This document shows positions 1-9,385 of a stretch of DNA of 64,000 nucleotides, in pieces (position 1 is the first letter of the stretch; each line of letters begins with the position of its first letter). The notes below the pieces were generated by a model. It saw nothing but the letters and a program-made list of their open reading frames with translations. It had not been told where the DNA came from and did not search any database. The stretch is from NCBI GenBank assembly GCA_964596695.1, contig CAZQVE010000005.1, forward strand, positions 795-64,794, read 5' to 3'. The DNA comes from an uncultured Candidatus Saccharibacteria bacterium (GTDB taxonomy: Bacteria > Patescibacteriota > Saccharimonadia > Saccharimonadales > Saccharimonadaceae). The translations under genes and the position numbers were made by a program.

Positions 1-8
1 GAAATAGA

Positions 9-227
9 TTAAGAGCTACTTATGTTTGGAGTTTTTGGTTCGTCATCATCATTAAATATTTTATTGAAAATCTTTTTCATCTCTGATTCTGAGATAGGCA
101 ATCCCATACCTCCAATTGGTCTTCTCATTCTATGACCATAATTTTCGTTTTCTAGGTTTGCATTTTTCAGTTTTAGAATCTCGTTTTCCAAATTTGCAAT
201 TTTCAATTTCAGTTTTCGATTTTTCAT
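9..227 (-). CDS. hypothetical coiled-coil protein
   Basis: 72-aa ORF with the heptad-like segment KLKIANLENEILKLKNANLENEN. Shares the LENEI(L/I)KLK core with the adjacent ORF 224-409 and overlaps it by 4 nt. Confidence 0.4.
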   Translation of the reverse strand: MKNRKLKLKIANLENEILKLKNANLENENYGHRMRRPIGGMGLPISESEMKKIFNKIFNDDDEPKTPNISSS

Positions 228-409
228 CTCACATTTCCAGTATTCGAATCCTTATTTATAGTTTTCAATTTTATGATTTCGTTTTCTAGAATTTGGATTT
301 GCAATTCTAGTTTTTGGATTCCTAATTCATCTCTTAGTTTTTCTATTTTAGATTCATGTTCACGCTTTTTAATTTCTGCGAATTCTTCAGGTGTAAACCT
401 ACACATCAT
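224..409 (-). CDS. hypothetical coiled-coil protein (paralog of 9-227)
   Basis: 61-aa ORF containing LELQIQILENEIIKLK. Overlaps both neighbours by 4 nt, suggesting translational coupling. Confidence 0.4.
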   Translation of the reverse strand: MMCRFTPEEFAEIKKREHESKIEKLRDELGIQKLELQIQILENEIIKLKTINKDSNTGNVR

Positions 410-915
410 ATTTCTACCAACTTTATTTCATTATCAGACCATTTTTCGTCTAGGTCATCTCTATTAAATGGTTTAGTTTTCAAAACTTGATTCTTTAAAT
501 CTATTTTCTCATTTAGTTTCTTTAATTCTGAATCTAGTATTTTAATAGTCTTTTCATTAAAAGCATGCTTTTTTACCTCTTCTGAATTTGCTATTGTTTC
601 GAACTTTCTATTATTTTCCCATTCGAAATTTGGCTTATCATTTATTACATGTAAGTTCTTGGCAATAAATTCGTCTATGTCGTCTAAATCCCTCTTTTCG
701 AAATCGTTAGGATTAACATCAGTTCCATAAACCGCAACCAAGCTTCCTTCATCTATTGGTGCGGTAAAATTGTCAACTCTTGTGAATGATATACCTTTGG
801 GAGGTGATAGTAACATAAGTTGTTGTATATTCTCTCTAACATGAACAATTCTAAAATATCTATTTCGCTTTCTCCTTGGGTCAGCTTTCCAAGGATGTTC
901 TGCCACAAATTTCAT
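406..915 (-). CDS. hypothetical protein, immediately downstream of the tape measure gene
   Basis: 169-aa ORF on the same strand as the tail genes, with a lysine-rich helical C-terminus. No family recognised. Confidence 0.45.
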   Translation of the reverse strand: MKFVAEHPWKADPRRKRNRYFRIVHVRENIQQLMLLSPPKGISFTRVDNFTAPIDEGSLVAVYGTDVNPNDFEKRDLDDIDEFIAKNLHVINDKPNFEWENNRKFETIANSEEVKKHAFNEKTIKILDSELKKLNEKIDLKNQVLKTKPFNRDDLDEKWSDNEIKLVEI

Positions 916-938
916 AATGTTACTACTAACCCTTTCTG

Positions 939-3900
939 TTATTTAAAGTTAGTAAAGCCGTCCATGATTTGTCCCTGTACTACTTCCATGATATTTCGTC
1001 CAGAGACATTTACTGTAGTTCTCGATCCAAGGTTTATTGCTGCCAATATCTTTCTTAGAATATCCCAAATGTCAAATCCCCATTCGTTTCCACCATTGCC
1101 ACCATTATCTCCTCCGCCTCCAGGCATTCCACTTGAAGGATCTTTATATGAAGATGTTTCTTTGAATATTGGATCAGGAATTAATCCGTAATCGTGCCAT
1201 CCTGTAGGATCATTTTGATATTGGAATGGTGCTTTTTGTACTCCCATATTTGGATCTCCCAATTGCATATTCCATATCTTACCTACCTGTTCTCCTGCTC
1301 CAGAACCTCCAACTCCGCTTCCTACACCTTTACTTGGATCTAAGTGTAAGAATGGGAATTTCTCATTCATAGCCTGAATTTCAGCAGGACTCATATTTGT
1401 TTCAACTACTCCATTAGTACTCCTGTAGTATTTACCGTTACCAAAGTTCTTATCAACGTCAGTTGAACTAGTTGTAGGACTTTCATTATTTGATACAGTA
1501 TTGGTATTTACATTTGGCCCCATCACATTTGATTGATTGTTTATATCATTTTGATTATTGAAATTGTTGCCATTTGCGTCAGTAAATGAATTACTTGTTG
1601 AAGATCCAGTGCTATTCATATTTGGTAATTGTTCTACGCCATCTATCATTATGGATTGTTGACCATTTCCTTGCTTGATTACTATTCTACCATCCGAAGT
1701 TGTTACTATTTGAGTTCCTCCACCAGTACTTCCGCCGGTTCCTCCTGTACCATCTCCTCCAGTTACAGGAGGAGCAGTACCAGTATAATATGTGTTAGTT
1801 AAAGGATCATACCATCTATTTCCACCAAGATATGATTTTCCATATTGGGATGCTGTTAAGTTTCTATTATATGGATCAGGAGTGAATACTGTATCTGTTC
1901 CGTCACTATATGGTTGGCCAATTGTAGATCCTGTTGTTGGGAAGGGTGTTACATCTCCAAATGATTGTGTATTGTTCCCTAATCCTATACCAGGTGTAGT
2001 ATCTGGAGCAAGACCAGGAATGTTCGTATTTATCTTACCATTTTGGTTTTGATAATACCAGTTTTGGCCACTAGCAAAATTTAATATGTTTCCATATTTT
2101 TGCATAAAGTTTCTTGCATATTGACCTTCTAATGGTTGAACTTGTATTGATTGACCTTTTTGTAATCCAAATGCTTTAATGTCGGTAACTTTTTCTTTCT
2201 TTAATAGTCTACCTTGTTTATCATATATTGCTACGATTTCGTCACCTGATTCACCTGTAATTACTGTTTCATTATCAAATATCGATCCTCCCTGCCCAAA
2301 ATTATGAATTCCTGTTGTTCCTTGTGCTGCATTTGCTGGAGCGGAACCTACAGTTCTAATACGATATGTGATTGTTACTGTTTTATCTTTAAGAGCATTA
2401 ATTGCAGAAGCTAATGCGTCAACTTGAGTTTTTGCTGCTTTTGCAGATCCTCCGATTGCTGCAACCTGTTCAGCAGCTTCTTGAGCTTTCTTTCTTACAG
2501 CTTCTAATGCATTAACACCATCTGTTTTTAATGTTTCCATTGCAGCGGAACCATCTGATTGAGCTTGATCGAAATTGGTCTTTACATCAGTAGCCACTAC
2601 TTCAGAAGCATCACCAATTGCTGCAAATCTTAATTCTGCTTGTTCTTGCATTGCTGCCAAAACACCGTCAGCATTAGATTTAGCTTGATTATAATTTTTG
2701 GTAACACCAACTGTTACTCCTGAAGCTGACTCACCCGCTGCTTTGAATCTTAAAGCGGCTTGTTGTTGCATAGCAGCTAATACTCCATCAGCGTTACTTT
2801 TTGCCTGATTATAATGTTTTGTTACCCCTACTACTACTTGTTGTGCAGCTTCTCCTATTGCAGTAAATGAAGTTGTTGCTACTGTAATCATTTTACCAAA
2901 TACATCTGCTTCTGTTCCCATCATTTGTGTGAAAACAGTATTAGTAACGGTTGCAATTTGCCCCATTGTAGTACCAACTGTTGATAACATTGCTGCCATT
3001 ACTTCATCAGTTTTTGCTTTTAATTGATCTAATGATTTAATTGCAGTTTCAATTTTTGCATCATCACCCTCCTCACCTCCAGATAAACCTAAACCTTGTA
3101 TTTTCTTTTTATCTTCGTCGGTCATACCTGGGGCATTAATAAAAGAATTAGGATCACTTTCACTACCACCTAAATTATTCATTGCGCCAAATCCAATATT
3201 CTTTAATGCATCAGCTTTTGCTAATATTTGGTCTACTGAATCGCCATATTGATCTGCAATATCTTGAATATCTTGTCTTACAACATCAGCAGCTCTTGAT
3301 ACTTCATATAATGCTCCTGTTATTGGATCCATTTTTACCTCAGTAAATGCTACTGCATTCATTTTCATCTCTTGTAATATTTTGTTTGCTTCTACTAAGT
3401 TACCAGTAGAAATAGCATTAATGTAATTTTCCCATGTTTCTCCAAAGTTATTTGTTGCACTATCTACATTCATCAATTCCATTCCCAAATCTCCTAAGAA
3501 GTTAACGATACCTGTTGGGGTTTTAACATCAGCATTCTCAAATAGATCCATAATCTTTTGCATAGAACCTTTTATTCTGTCTTTTACTGGCCCATCAGGT
3601 AAATCATCCATAACTTTACCCATTACACTATCAAGTTTACCTTGAATCTGATCTTTGAAATCTCCCATTGATTTAGCATCCAAGTTTTGACCTAAACCTA
3701 CAAATAATGCACCAAACTCTTTTGAAAGATCACTAAATAAATCTGATCCTGCTTGGAACTCTAATGCTTCTTTTACTCCTTTATTAAATTTGATACCAAG
3801 ATTTTTAGACATTTCATCTACAGCGTCATCTAATTCGTCTTCACCTTTTCTCATTGCATCAGATAATCCGTCTATCATTCCATCAAATATTCCTTGTAAC

Positions 3901-6900
3901 TCTGTTCTCATTTCTCCGATTTGTTGTGGCATTCTTTTTGCCAATCCAACAAATCTTTGCATCTCTGCTACTCCTCCTCTAAATCCTTCTGGAATAACAA
4001 CACCTACTGTATGAGCCAACTGTACCATTTCTAAGTACGCCCCTTGTTGTGCTGCTTGAGAGTTTCTTAACTCTTGCCACCATCCATAAACTGAATCTCT
4101 ACCTTTGACAAATGCTGCTGCTGTTTCTTTGGTAACACCTGCAACATTCTTTGCACTTTTAACAATAGCACCACTAGCATCAACGACTGCACCTCTTAAT
4201 CCTTGTTCCGCAGCTTCGGATTCTTTTAATGCCCTTTGATGATATTCTAATGATGCAGAAGATTTTGCTATTTCAACCTCTTGTTGTGAATATGCACTAG
4301 AAAGATCAGCTAAAGTTTGAGCATATGCTATTCCTTGTGGTAAACCTGTTTTTAATAGTAAATTATATTGTGTAAGTGCACCACTTGATTGACCTAATGT
4401 TTCATAAGATTTCTTTAATGCGTCATTTGCAGCCAATACACCCTTTACAAATGATTGATTCGCAATTGTTCCTTGAGATGCAGCTAAAGTCCATGCATTC
4501 CATGCACCTTTCGCCCCTGCTATTTCTACTACTACATTTTGAATTGCTAATTGTGTTTCTGCATAGGCTTGATTATAAGCTGCTGAAGTTATAGTTTGAT
4601 CTTTAATTTCTTTAGTTAATTCTTTTAATTGTCCTTGTGCGTTACTTGCAGCTTCTACGGTTCCGTATAATGCTTCTCTTTGTGTGTTTATACCTTCTTT
4701 AAATGCTAATTCTTGAACTGTTCCTTCTACTATAGCATTGTTATATGCATCTAATGATCCTGTTACTTTTGAAATTGCTTTCTCTCTTTCTAGTAAACTT
4801 AAATTAGTTTCAAGTACTCCAGTTTGGTAAGCAACTTCTAATGCGTTTTGATTTGTAATTTGGTCGCTAAGTTCACTATATGCACCCTGTAAGTTCAAAA
4901 CATTTTGTTGTTCTTGAATATAAGCAAGATTTTGTTTTTGTTTTCCTTCCATAACAAGGTTTTGTTGGTACCATTGTTCTCCTAATGCTTCATTATAAAC
5001 CTTTAAATATCCTGAATTGATCTTTAACCCAGTAGCTTGTGTTGCCATTTCATTATTGGCTTTTACCATACCAAATGAAACTAATTCTTGAGCTTTACTT
5101 TGATCCATTAATGTAGCTTTCATTTCATTGTATTGTTTTTGCAGATTTGCAGCTTGGTCTCTAACCTGTTCTTGATAGAATTTATTGCGATCCCATTTTT
5201 CAGAGTTTGTAATTACAGCTTTACTTTGTGCAGCTACAGTATCATTTATTTTCATTAGTTGTTCATTAAATTCTTTTGCAGTAATCTTACCACTATTATA
5301 TTGATTTACTAATTCTGCTATAGATTTTTGTTGTCCCTCAGCACTGCTATCTGGAGCTTCTGGAAATGGTATGAAAGCTCCTCCAGGAGCAAACGTCTTG
5401 ATCATTGTTTGTAATGGATTATCTTGCATATCTTTGCTAAATTTACCAAGTTGATCTAAAATCCTTCCTAAGGAACTTTCTAATAGGTCATTACTACTGA
5501 TCATTTTATCTACCATAGTTTTCCATTGATCACCATAACTTGCAAATCCTTGAGCTGCTTGATCAAAGTGTTCTTTTGTTTGGAGCGCAGTTTCACCAGT
5601 TAATCCTAATGAACCTGCAATACCAATAAGTAGATCACCTACAGGTCGTAGAGCAGGAACAGTTTTTCCAACCGCAGCACCAAAATCATTAATTGCATCT
5701 CTACTCCCCATTGCATTTGTTCCATATAATGCAGTTGCAGCAGCAATTGCGATCATTCCTCCTATAAGGCCAGTACCTCCGGCACCTCCAATTCCTGCTC
5801 CTATAACTCCTCCTAATCTAGTAAATCCACCTCTCATTGCATTTGCAGCGTTTACTACTTTTGAAGATGATGTTTGTGTTTTGTCCATTTCTCTGCTTAA
5901 TCGAGTAAAGTATGGACTTGTTTGATCTATAGATGCACCAAATGATTTGAATTTGCCTTCTGCATCCGTTACTACAGGAATAATCGAACCGAATGCCATC
6001 TTTGCGTTACCTCCGGTTCTAGTTATAACTTGGTTCATTCTTTCAAATTCTGGAGGAATCTTTTTGATTTTCTCAGTAACTTCTACAGTTGCGGGTATAA
6101 CTCCAGTTGTTAATGTTGTACCAAAGTTTTTTACTCCTGTTCCTAATGATGTAAATGTTCCTGAAAGTATAGATCCTACGTTTCTTAATTTTTGCATTGC
6201 TCCAGAAGCATTAGCTAAGGCAGGTAACAAAGAACCAACTAACTCTGTAGCAATCAATGCCATAAAGTAGTAAGTATCAGATAAAGCAAAGTTAGCGTTT
6301 CTTTGAATAAATGCCATTCCTCTGCTAGCTTCTTCAAATTGCTTTGTTAGAGCAGCAGCTTCCGCAGAATCTTTACCATATTGTTCTATTGCAGCATTTA
6401 ATTGCTCTTGAATCCCTGCTACTTTTTCTTGTTGGGAAGCTAACAATTCTTGCATACCCGCAGATTCTTGCATAGCCTGTGTTAATCCAACAAAAGAGAT
6501 TGACATACCCGAAATTCTACCTATATATGGTGTCATAGTTTCCATTGCTCCTTTTATGGAACGTACCTGTCTATCATGGGCATCTTTGTTTTTAGTTACT
6601 TCAGTAGTGAATCTGTTTAAGCTAGGGAGTACTGTTGTACTGGAACGGGAATAACCTTCAAATCCTGCTTTACCTTCATTTAATGTTTTAGTGAATCCTG
6701 TTACTTGTTGACCTGCTCCAGTAAAAGTATCTCTAAAACTATTACCTAATTTTTTAGTATTAGTATCTGTAGCGGTTACAAATGAAGTTATTTTAGTTTG
6801 AGTCGTTCCAAAATAGCCATCTAAAGTATTAAGTTGTCTACCTGTTTTTTGTGTGAATCCACCTACGCTTTGGGTTGCAGAATTCATAGCCCTTTGAGTT

Positions 6901-6989
6901 CTAGAAGCAAAATCATCTATAGCTCTAAAGTCCCCTGTCTTTTGTATATCTACGATAAATGATAAACGATCCCTAACTTCGTAACTCAT
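939..6989 (-). CDS. tail tape measure protein
   Basis: About 2016 aa.
- The N-terminal two thirds are Ala/Gln/Lys-rich helical sequence with Gly-rich hydrophobic segments (GGVIGAGIGGAGGTGLIGGMIAIAAATALYG), as is typical of tape measure proteins.
- It contains 40-aa tandem repeats.
- It is the largest gene of the tail module.
- The ORF track begins at a TTG (7007). I prefer the ATG at 6989 (MSYEVRD...). Confidence 0.8.
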   Translation of the reverse strand: MSYEVRDRLSFIVDIQKTGDFRAIDDFASRTQRAMNSATQSVGGFTQKTGRQLNTLDGYFGTTQTKITSFVTATDTNTKKLGNSFRDTFTGAGQQVTGFTKTLNEGKAGFEGYSRSSTTVLPSLNRFTTEVTKNKDAHDRQVRSIKGAMETMTPYIGRISGMSISFVGLTQAMQESAGMQELLASQQEKVAGIQEQLNAAIEQYGKDSAEAAALTKQFEEASRGMAFIQRNANFALSDTYYFMALIATELVGSLLPALANASGAMQKLRNVGSILSGTFTSLGTGVKNFGTTLTTGVIPATVEVTEKIKKIPPEFERMNQVITRTGGNAKMAFGSIIPVVTDAEGKFKSFGASIDQTSPYFTRLSREMDKTQTSSSKVVNAANAMRGGFTRLGGVIGAGIGGAGGTGLIGGMIAIAAATALYGTNAMGSRDAINDFGAAVGKTVPALRPVGDLLIGIAGSLGLTGETALQTKEHFDQAAQGFASYGDQWKTMVDKMISSNDLLESSLGRILDQLGKFSKDMQDNPLQTMIKTFAPGGAFIPFPEAPDSSAEGQQKSIAELVNQYNSGKITAKEFNEQLMKINDTVAAQSKAVITNSEKWDRNKFYQEQVRDQAANLQKQYNEMKATLMDQSKAQELVSFGMVKANNEMATQATGLKINSGYLKVYNEALGEQWYQQNLVMEGKQKQNLAYIQEQQNVLNLQGAYSELSDQITNQNALEVAYQTGVLETNLSLLEREKAISKVTGSLDAYNNAIVEGTVQELAFKEGINTQREALYGTVEAASNAQGQLKELTKEIKDQTITSAAYNQAYAETQLAIQNVVVEIAGAKGAWNAWTLAASQGTIANQSFVKGVLAANDALKKSYETLGQSSGALTQYNLLLKTGLPQGIAYAQTLADLSSAYSQQEVEIAKSSASLEYHQRALKESEAAEQGLRGAVVDASGAIVKSAKNVAGVTKETAAAFVKGRDSVYGWWQELRNSQAAQQGAYLEMVQLAHTVGVVIPEGFRGGVAEMQRFVGLAKRMPQQIGEMRTELQGIFDGMIDGLSDAMRKGEDELDDAVDEMSKNLGIKFNKGVKEALEFQAGSDLFSDLSKEFGALFVGLGQNLDAKSMGDFKDQIQGKLDSVMGKVMDDLPDGPVKDRIKGSMQKIMDLFENADVKTPTGIVNFLGDLGMELMNVDSATNNFGETWENYINAISTGNLVEANKILQEMKMNAVAFTEVKMDPITGALYEVSRAADVVRQDIQDIADQYGDSVDQILAKADALKNIGFGAMNNLGGSESDPNSFINAPGMTDEDKKKIQGLGLSGGEEGDDAKIETAIKSLDQLKAKTDEVMAAMLSTVGTTMGQIATVTNTVFTQMMGTEADVFGKMITVATTSFTAIGEAAQQVVVGVTKHYNQAKSNADGVLAAMQQQAALRFKAAGESASGVTVGVTKNYNQAKSNADGVLAAMQEQAELRFAAIGDASEVVATDVKTNFDQAQSDGSAAMETLKTDGVNALEAVRKKAQEAAEQVAAIGGSAKAAKTQVDALASAINALKDKTVTITYRIRTVGSAPANAAQGTTGIHNFGQGGSIFDNETVITGESGDEIVAIYDKQGRLLKKEKVTDIKAFGLQKGQSIQVQPLEGQYARNFMQKYGNILNFASGQNWYYQNQNGKINTNIPGLAPDTTPGIGLGNNTQSFGDVTPFPTTGSTIGQPYSDGTDTVFTPDPYNRNLTASQYGKSYLGGNRWYDPLTNTYYTGTAPPVTGGDGTGGTGGSTGGGTQIVTTSDGRIVIKQGNGQQSIMIDGVEQLPNMNSTGSSTSNSFTDANGNNFNNQNDINNQSNVMGPNVNTNTVSNNESPTTSSTDVDKNFGNGKYYRSTNGVVETNMSPAEIQAMNEKFPFLHLDPSKGVGSGVGGSGAGEQVGKIWNMQLGDPNMGVQKAPFQYQNDPTGWHDYGLIPDPIFKETSSYKDPSSGMPGGGGDNGGNGGNEWGFDIWDILRKILAAINLGSRTTVNVSGRNIMEVVQGQIMDGFTNFK
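2473..2832 (-). repeat. three tandem ~120-nt (40-aa) repeats inside the tape measure gene
   Basis: Protein copies are VGVTKHYNQAKSNADGVLAAMQQQAALRF..., VGVTKNYNQAKSNADGVLAAMQEQAELRF... and a degenerate third copy, VKTNFDQAQSDGSAAMETL.... On the DNA, AATCTTAA recurs at 2626 and 2746, giving a 120-nt period. Confidence 0.7.
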
Positions 6990-7020
6990 ATATCTATATA
7001 TTACCAATTATAGTATTAGA

Positions 7021-7416
7021 ATGTTTAATATTAGAATTCGATATGTATCTTCTTTTGGTAACAATATTCAGAATTCTAATCTTGTAAAGAAAACAAATCA
7101 CTATAAAGAAATTTTTAGAACTAATTCAGACCATATTATAGTTGAACATTATGTGCAAAAGATGCAAGATTGGGCACAAAAAACTGTAGTTAAACGTACA
7201 GGAAATTTGATGCGTAATATAAAGATACAAAAAACAAAAACAGGATGGATTTTCTATGTAGATGGTAGAAATGCAGGATATGGAATATACATAGAAAAGG
7301 GAACAAGTAGAATGGCCCCTAGACCATTTTTCCTACCTGCTATTCAACGTTTCCGAGATCCGTTACGTAAAGCTCTTATAGACTACTATCGAGGGAAATC
7401 TGTTTCGGGACGGTAA
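7021..7416 (+). CDS. HK97 gp10-like head-tail/tail-completion protein
   Basis: The C-terminal motif NAGYGIYIEKGTSRMAPRPFFLPA matches the gp10-family signature (..vEfGT....a.PFl.pA). It lies on the opposite strand to its neighbours. Confidence 0.55.
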   Translation: MFNIRIRYVSSFGNNIQNSNLVKKTNHYKEIFRTNSDHIIVEHYVQKMQDWAQKTVVKRTGNLMRNIKIQKTKTGWIFYVDGRNAGYGIYIEKGTSRMAPRPFFLPAIQRFRDPLRKALIDYYRGKSVSGR

Positions 7417-8368
7417 TACCCCATCCTTCCTCTCTGGCAAGTAATATAGAATTATCGTCTACTAATTTATTTAGTAACAAATCTGTTAACTCAGGATCTA
7501 TATCAGGTTCAATCTTTTTGCATACCTTCTTTACCTCACAATATTGACATTTCCAATCATCTTTGTAGTAGCCGTCTAACCTTGGGAAATTCTTTATACT
7601 TGCTGGGTCTGTGAAATCTTGCTCATTTATGTGGTGATATACCTTTGTAAATCCTTCTTTAATTTGTTGCCTTAAGTTTGAATCTCTAGAGAAATTGAGA
7701 GTAAATATCTTAAATGGTCTAATATTGTTCTTTTGTAGATTAGTTGTCTCATAGATAGTTTTTCCATACATAGGATTTCCTCCCCTTTCGGATGGAGGAA
7801 TATATTTAAGATGCATTGGTAATCCATAGAATACTACAACATGACCAACTTCTATTCCACTCATAACCATATAGTAAACGGTCTGTCTAAAGTATGATTT
7901 TAGAGAATCATCACCTAAGACCAATCCTACATATGTATTTGAGTTTTTCATCTCTATGATTTGTTTTCTATCTTTAGTCACTGCATCAGGATGCGCTACA
8001 ATTTTCGATTCATAATCCATATCTACCTGTGCATTAATTTCATCATAGATAAATTTGGTAAACCATGCTTCGCTGCCTAAACCTCGAATAAAATTCATTG
8101 CTGTCCAAATATCAATAAAATCACTTGGTTGGTTCTTTCCTGAGACTACCAAGTGTGATTTGATTGCTTCTTTACGTAAACAATACGTGAGAGAAGATGT
8201 ATGAACTTTACCTCCACCTAGGGATCGAAACCCGCTAGAGAAATGTTCACAAATAGCCTTCTCAAGCTCTGCTGCCATTTTTTCGTTTTCAAATATGAGT
8301 ATCTTATGATTGATCTGATCAAGTGGTTGATCAGTCTTCATAAGAAGTTTCTCTTTACCTCTTAACAT
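7376..8368 (-). CDS. Cas4-like PD-(D/E)XK nuclease with a predicted Fe-S cluster
   Basis: Motif order is HPDAV (D), IIEMKNS (ExK), then QTVYY (QxxxY). One N-terminal Cys (LTYCLRK) plus the C-terminal CQYCEVKKVC (Cx2Cx5C) give the Cas4/RecB-family four-Cys pattern. Confidence 0.7.
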   Translation of the reverse strand: MLRGKEKLLMKTDQPLDQINHKILIFENEKMAAELEKAICEHFSSGFRSLGGGKVHTSSLTYCLRKEAIKSHLVVSGKNQPSDFIDIWTAMNFIRGLGSEAWFTKFIYDEINAQVDMDYESKIVAHPDAVTKDRKQIIEMKNSNTYVGLVLGDDSLKSYFRQTVYYMVMSGIEVGHVVVFYGLPMHLKYIPPSERGGNPMYGKTIYETTNLQKNNIRPFKIFTLNFSRDSNLRQQIKEGFTKVYHHINEQDFTDPASIKNFPRLDGYYKDDWKCQYCEVKKVCKKIEPDIDPELTDLLLNKLVDDNSILLAREEGWGITVPKQISLDSSL

Positions 8369-8693
8369 AAGGGTTTATGGGAACTCTCTGCTTATTATTT
8401 GTTCCTAATGCTTGTTGACGTTTCCTTTCAGCTTCACGATCCTTCTCTCTTAAATCTTCAATCTGATATTCAATGTTCGCAACTGCGCGAACGATCTCAG
8501 GACGGAAAATGTCACCATCTACCTCCATATGATTGTATCCCCGTTTATGATAGAAGTAATAGTAAATCATTTGATCTTCATAATCGGTAAGCTCAATCTT
8601 GGAGTAGTCCATGTGTTTTACATATCGATATATCCACTCCTTGAACTTCTCTGTCTCTAATAAGGGACAGTTGTGTAGAAGGAATACGCACAA
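8355..8693 (-). CDS. hypothetical protein
   Basis: The ORF starts at a TTG. An alternative ATG at 8612 (MDYSKIEL...) would remove the overlap with 8657-9340. The C-terminus is charged and helical. Confidence 0.4.
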   Translation of the reverse strand: MCVFLLHNCPLLETEKFKEWIYRYVKHMDYSKIELTDYEDQMIYYYFYHKRGYNHMEVDGDIFRPEIVRAVANIEYQIEDLREKDREAERKRQQALGTNNKQRVPINPYVKR

Positions 8694-9340
8694 TCGAGTA
8701 TGAAAGTCAGCTCTTTGTATATATATTGATCAATTTTTTCGTCAGTATCTAGATCGAAAAAGCATCGTGCAAAGATTGTGAAACGTTCTTGATGTTGCTC
8801 ATCGGTTACTTCAGCTAAGATTTCATCTACCTCTTCTCTACTCATATCTGCATCTATTTTTCCTTTAAGAAATGGTGATACTAAGAATTCGTTTATATTG
8901 AAAGGTTTGTAATCTTTGTTATCTATCTCATTACCGTTCTTATCTTCTATCTTTGGTGGCAAATATGATGCTCTAAGTTTGTCACCTAATGTTTTAATCT
9001 TGAAATACTTTCTCTGTGCTGCTCTAACTTCAACATCTTCCTTTCTATTGAGCATTTTATACTTTAATTCTTCCTCTTGTCCGTCAACTCGTTTAAGTTT
9101 AAATTCTTGAGTCCTTACTACTTGTTCAGCTCTTTCATTCTGTTCTTTTTGGTTTTCGGTATAAGTGTCAGTAAGTAAATTTAAATATGGATTTTCATTT
9201 GATTTCTTTTCAGGTAATTCTTCCTCAGAAAGTTCTAATTTAACATCATCTTTCTTTTCGTTTGTTGTTTCTTTTGATTCGCCTAGCTCTTCTGCTAGCA
9301 TCTTTTTCTCTTCGCTAGTAAGCTCAGTGTTACTACTCAT
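8657..9340 (-). CDS. acidic hypothetical protein (possible tail assembly chaperone, by position only)
   Basis: 227 aa, with a very acidic N-terminal half. It sits between the putative major tail gene and the tape measure region. Confidence 0.4.
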   Translation of the reverse strand: MSSNTELTSEEKKMLAEELGESKETTNEKKDDVKLELSEEELPEKKSNENPYLNLLTDTYTENQKEQNERAEQVVRTQEFKLKRVDGQEEELKYKMLNRKEDVEVRAAQRKYFKIKTLGDKLRASYLPPKIEDKNGNEIDNKDYKPFNINEFLVSPFLKGKIDADMSREEVDEILAEVTDEQHQERFTIFARCFFDLDTDEKIDQYIYKELTFILDCAYSFYTTVPY

Positions 9341-9385
9341 TAATAACTATGAAGAAATTAAATATATAAAGTTTAAAAAAAGAGG

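Noticed and set aside
820-6270. Plus-strand ORFs inside the tape measure gene (820-1191, 1792-2052, 3790-4014, 4376-4594, 5947-6270)
   Set aside because: They are antisense to a long, well-supported gene. Their compositions are low-complexity Ser/Pro/Ile-rich sequence typical of antisense frames, and they have no promoter or coupling signals.
8657-8693. Programmed -1 frameshift joining 8657-9340 and 8355-8693 (a G/GT-type tail chaperone pair)
   Set aside because: The downstream ORF is indeed in the -1 frame, but the 37-nt overlap (TTGTGCGTATTCCTTCTACACAACTGTCCCTTATTAG) contains no X XXY YYZ slippery heptamer. An internal ATG at 8612 gives a simple non-overlapping gene.
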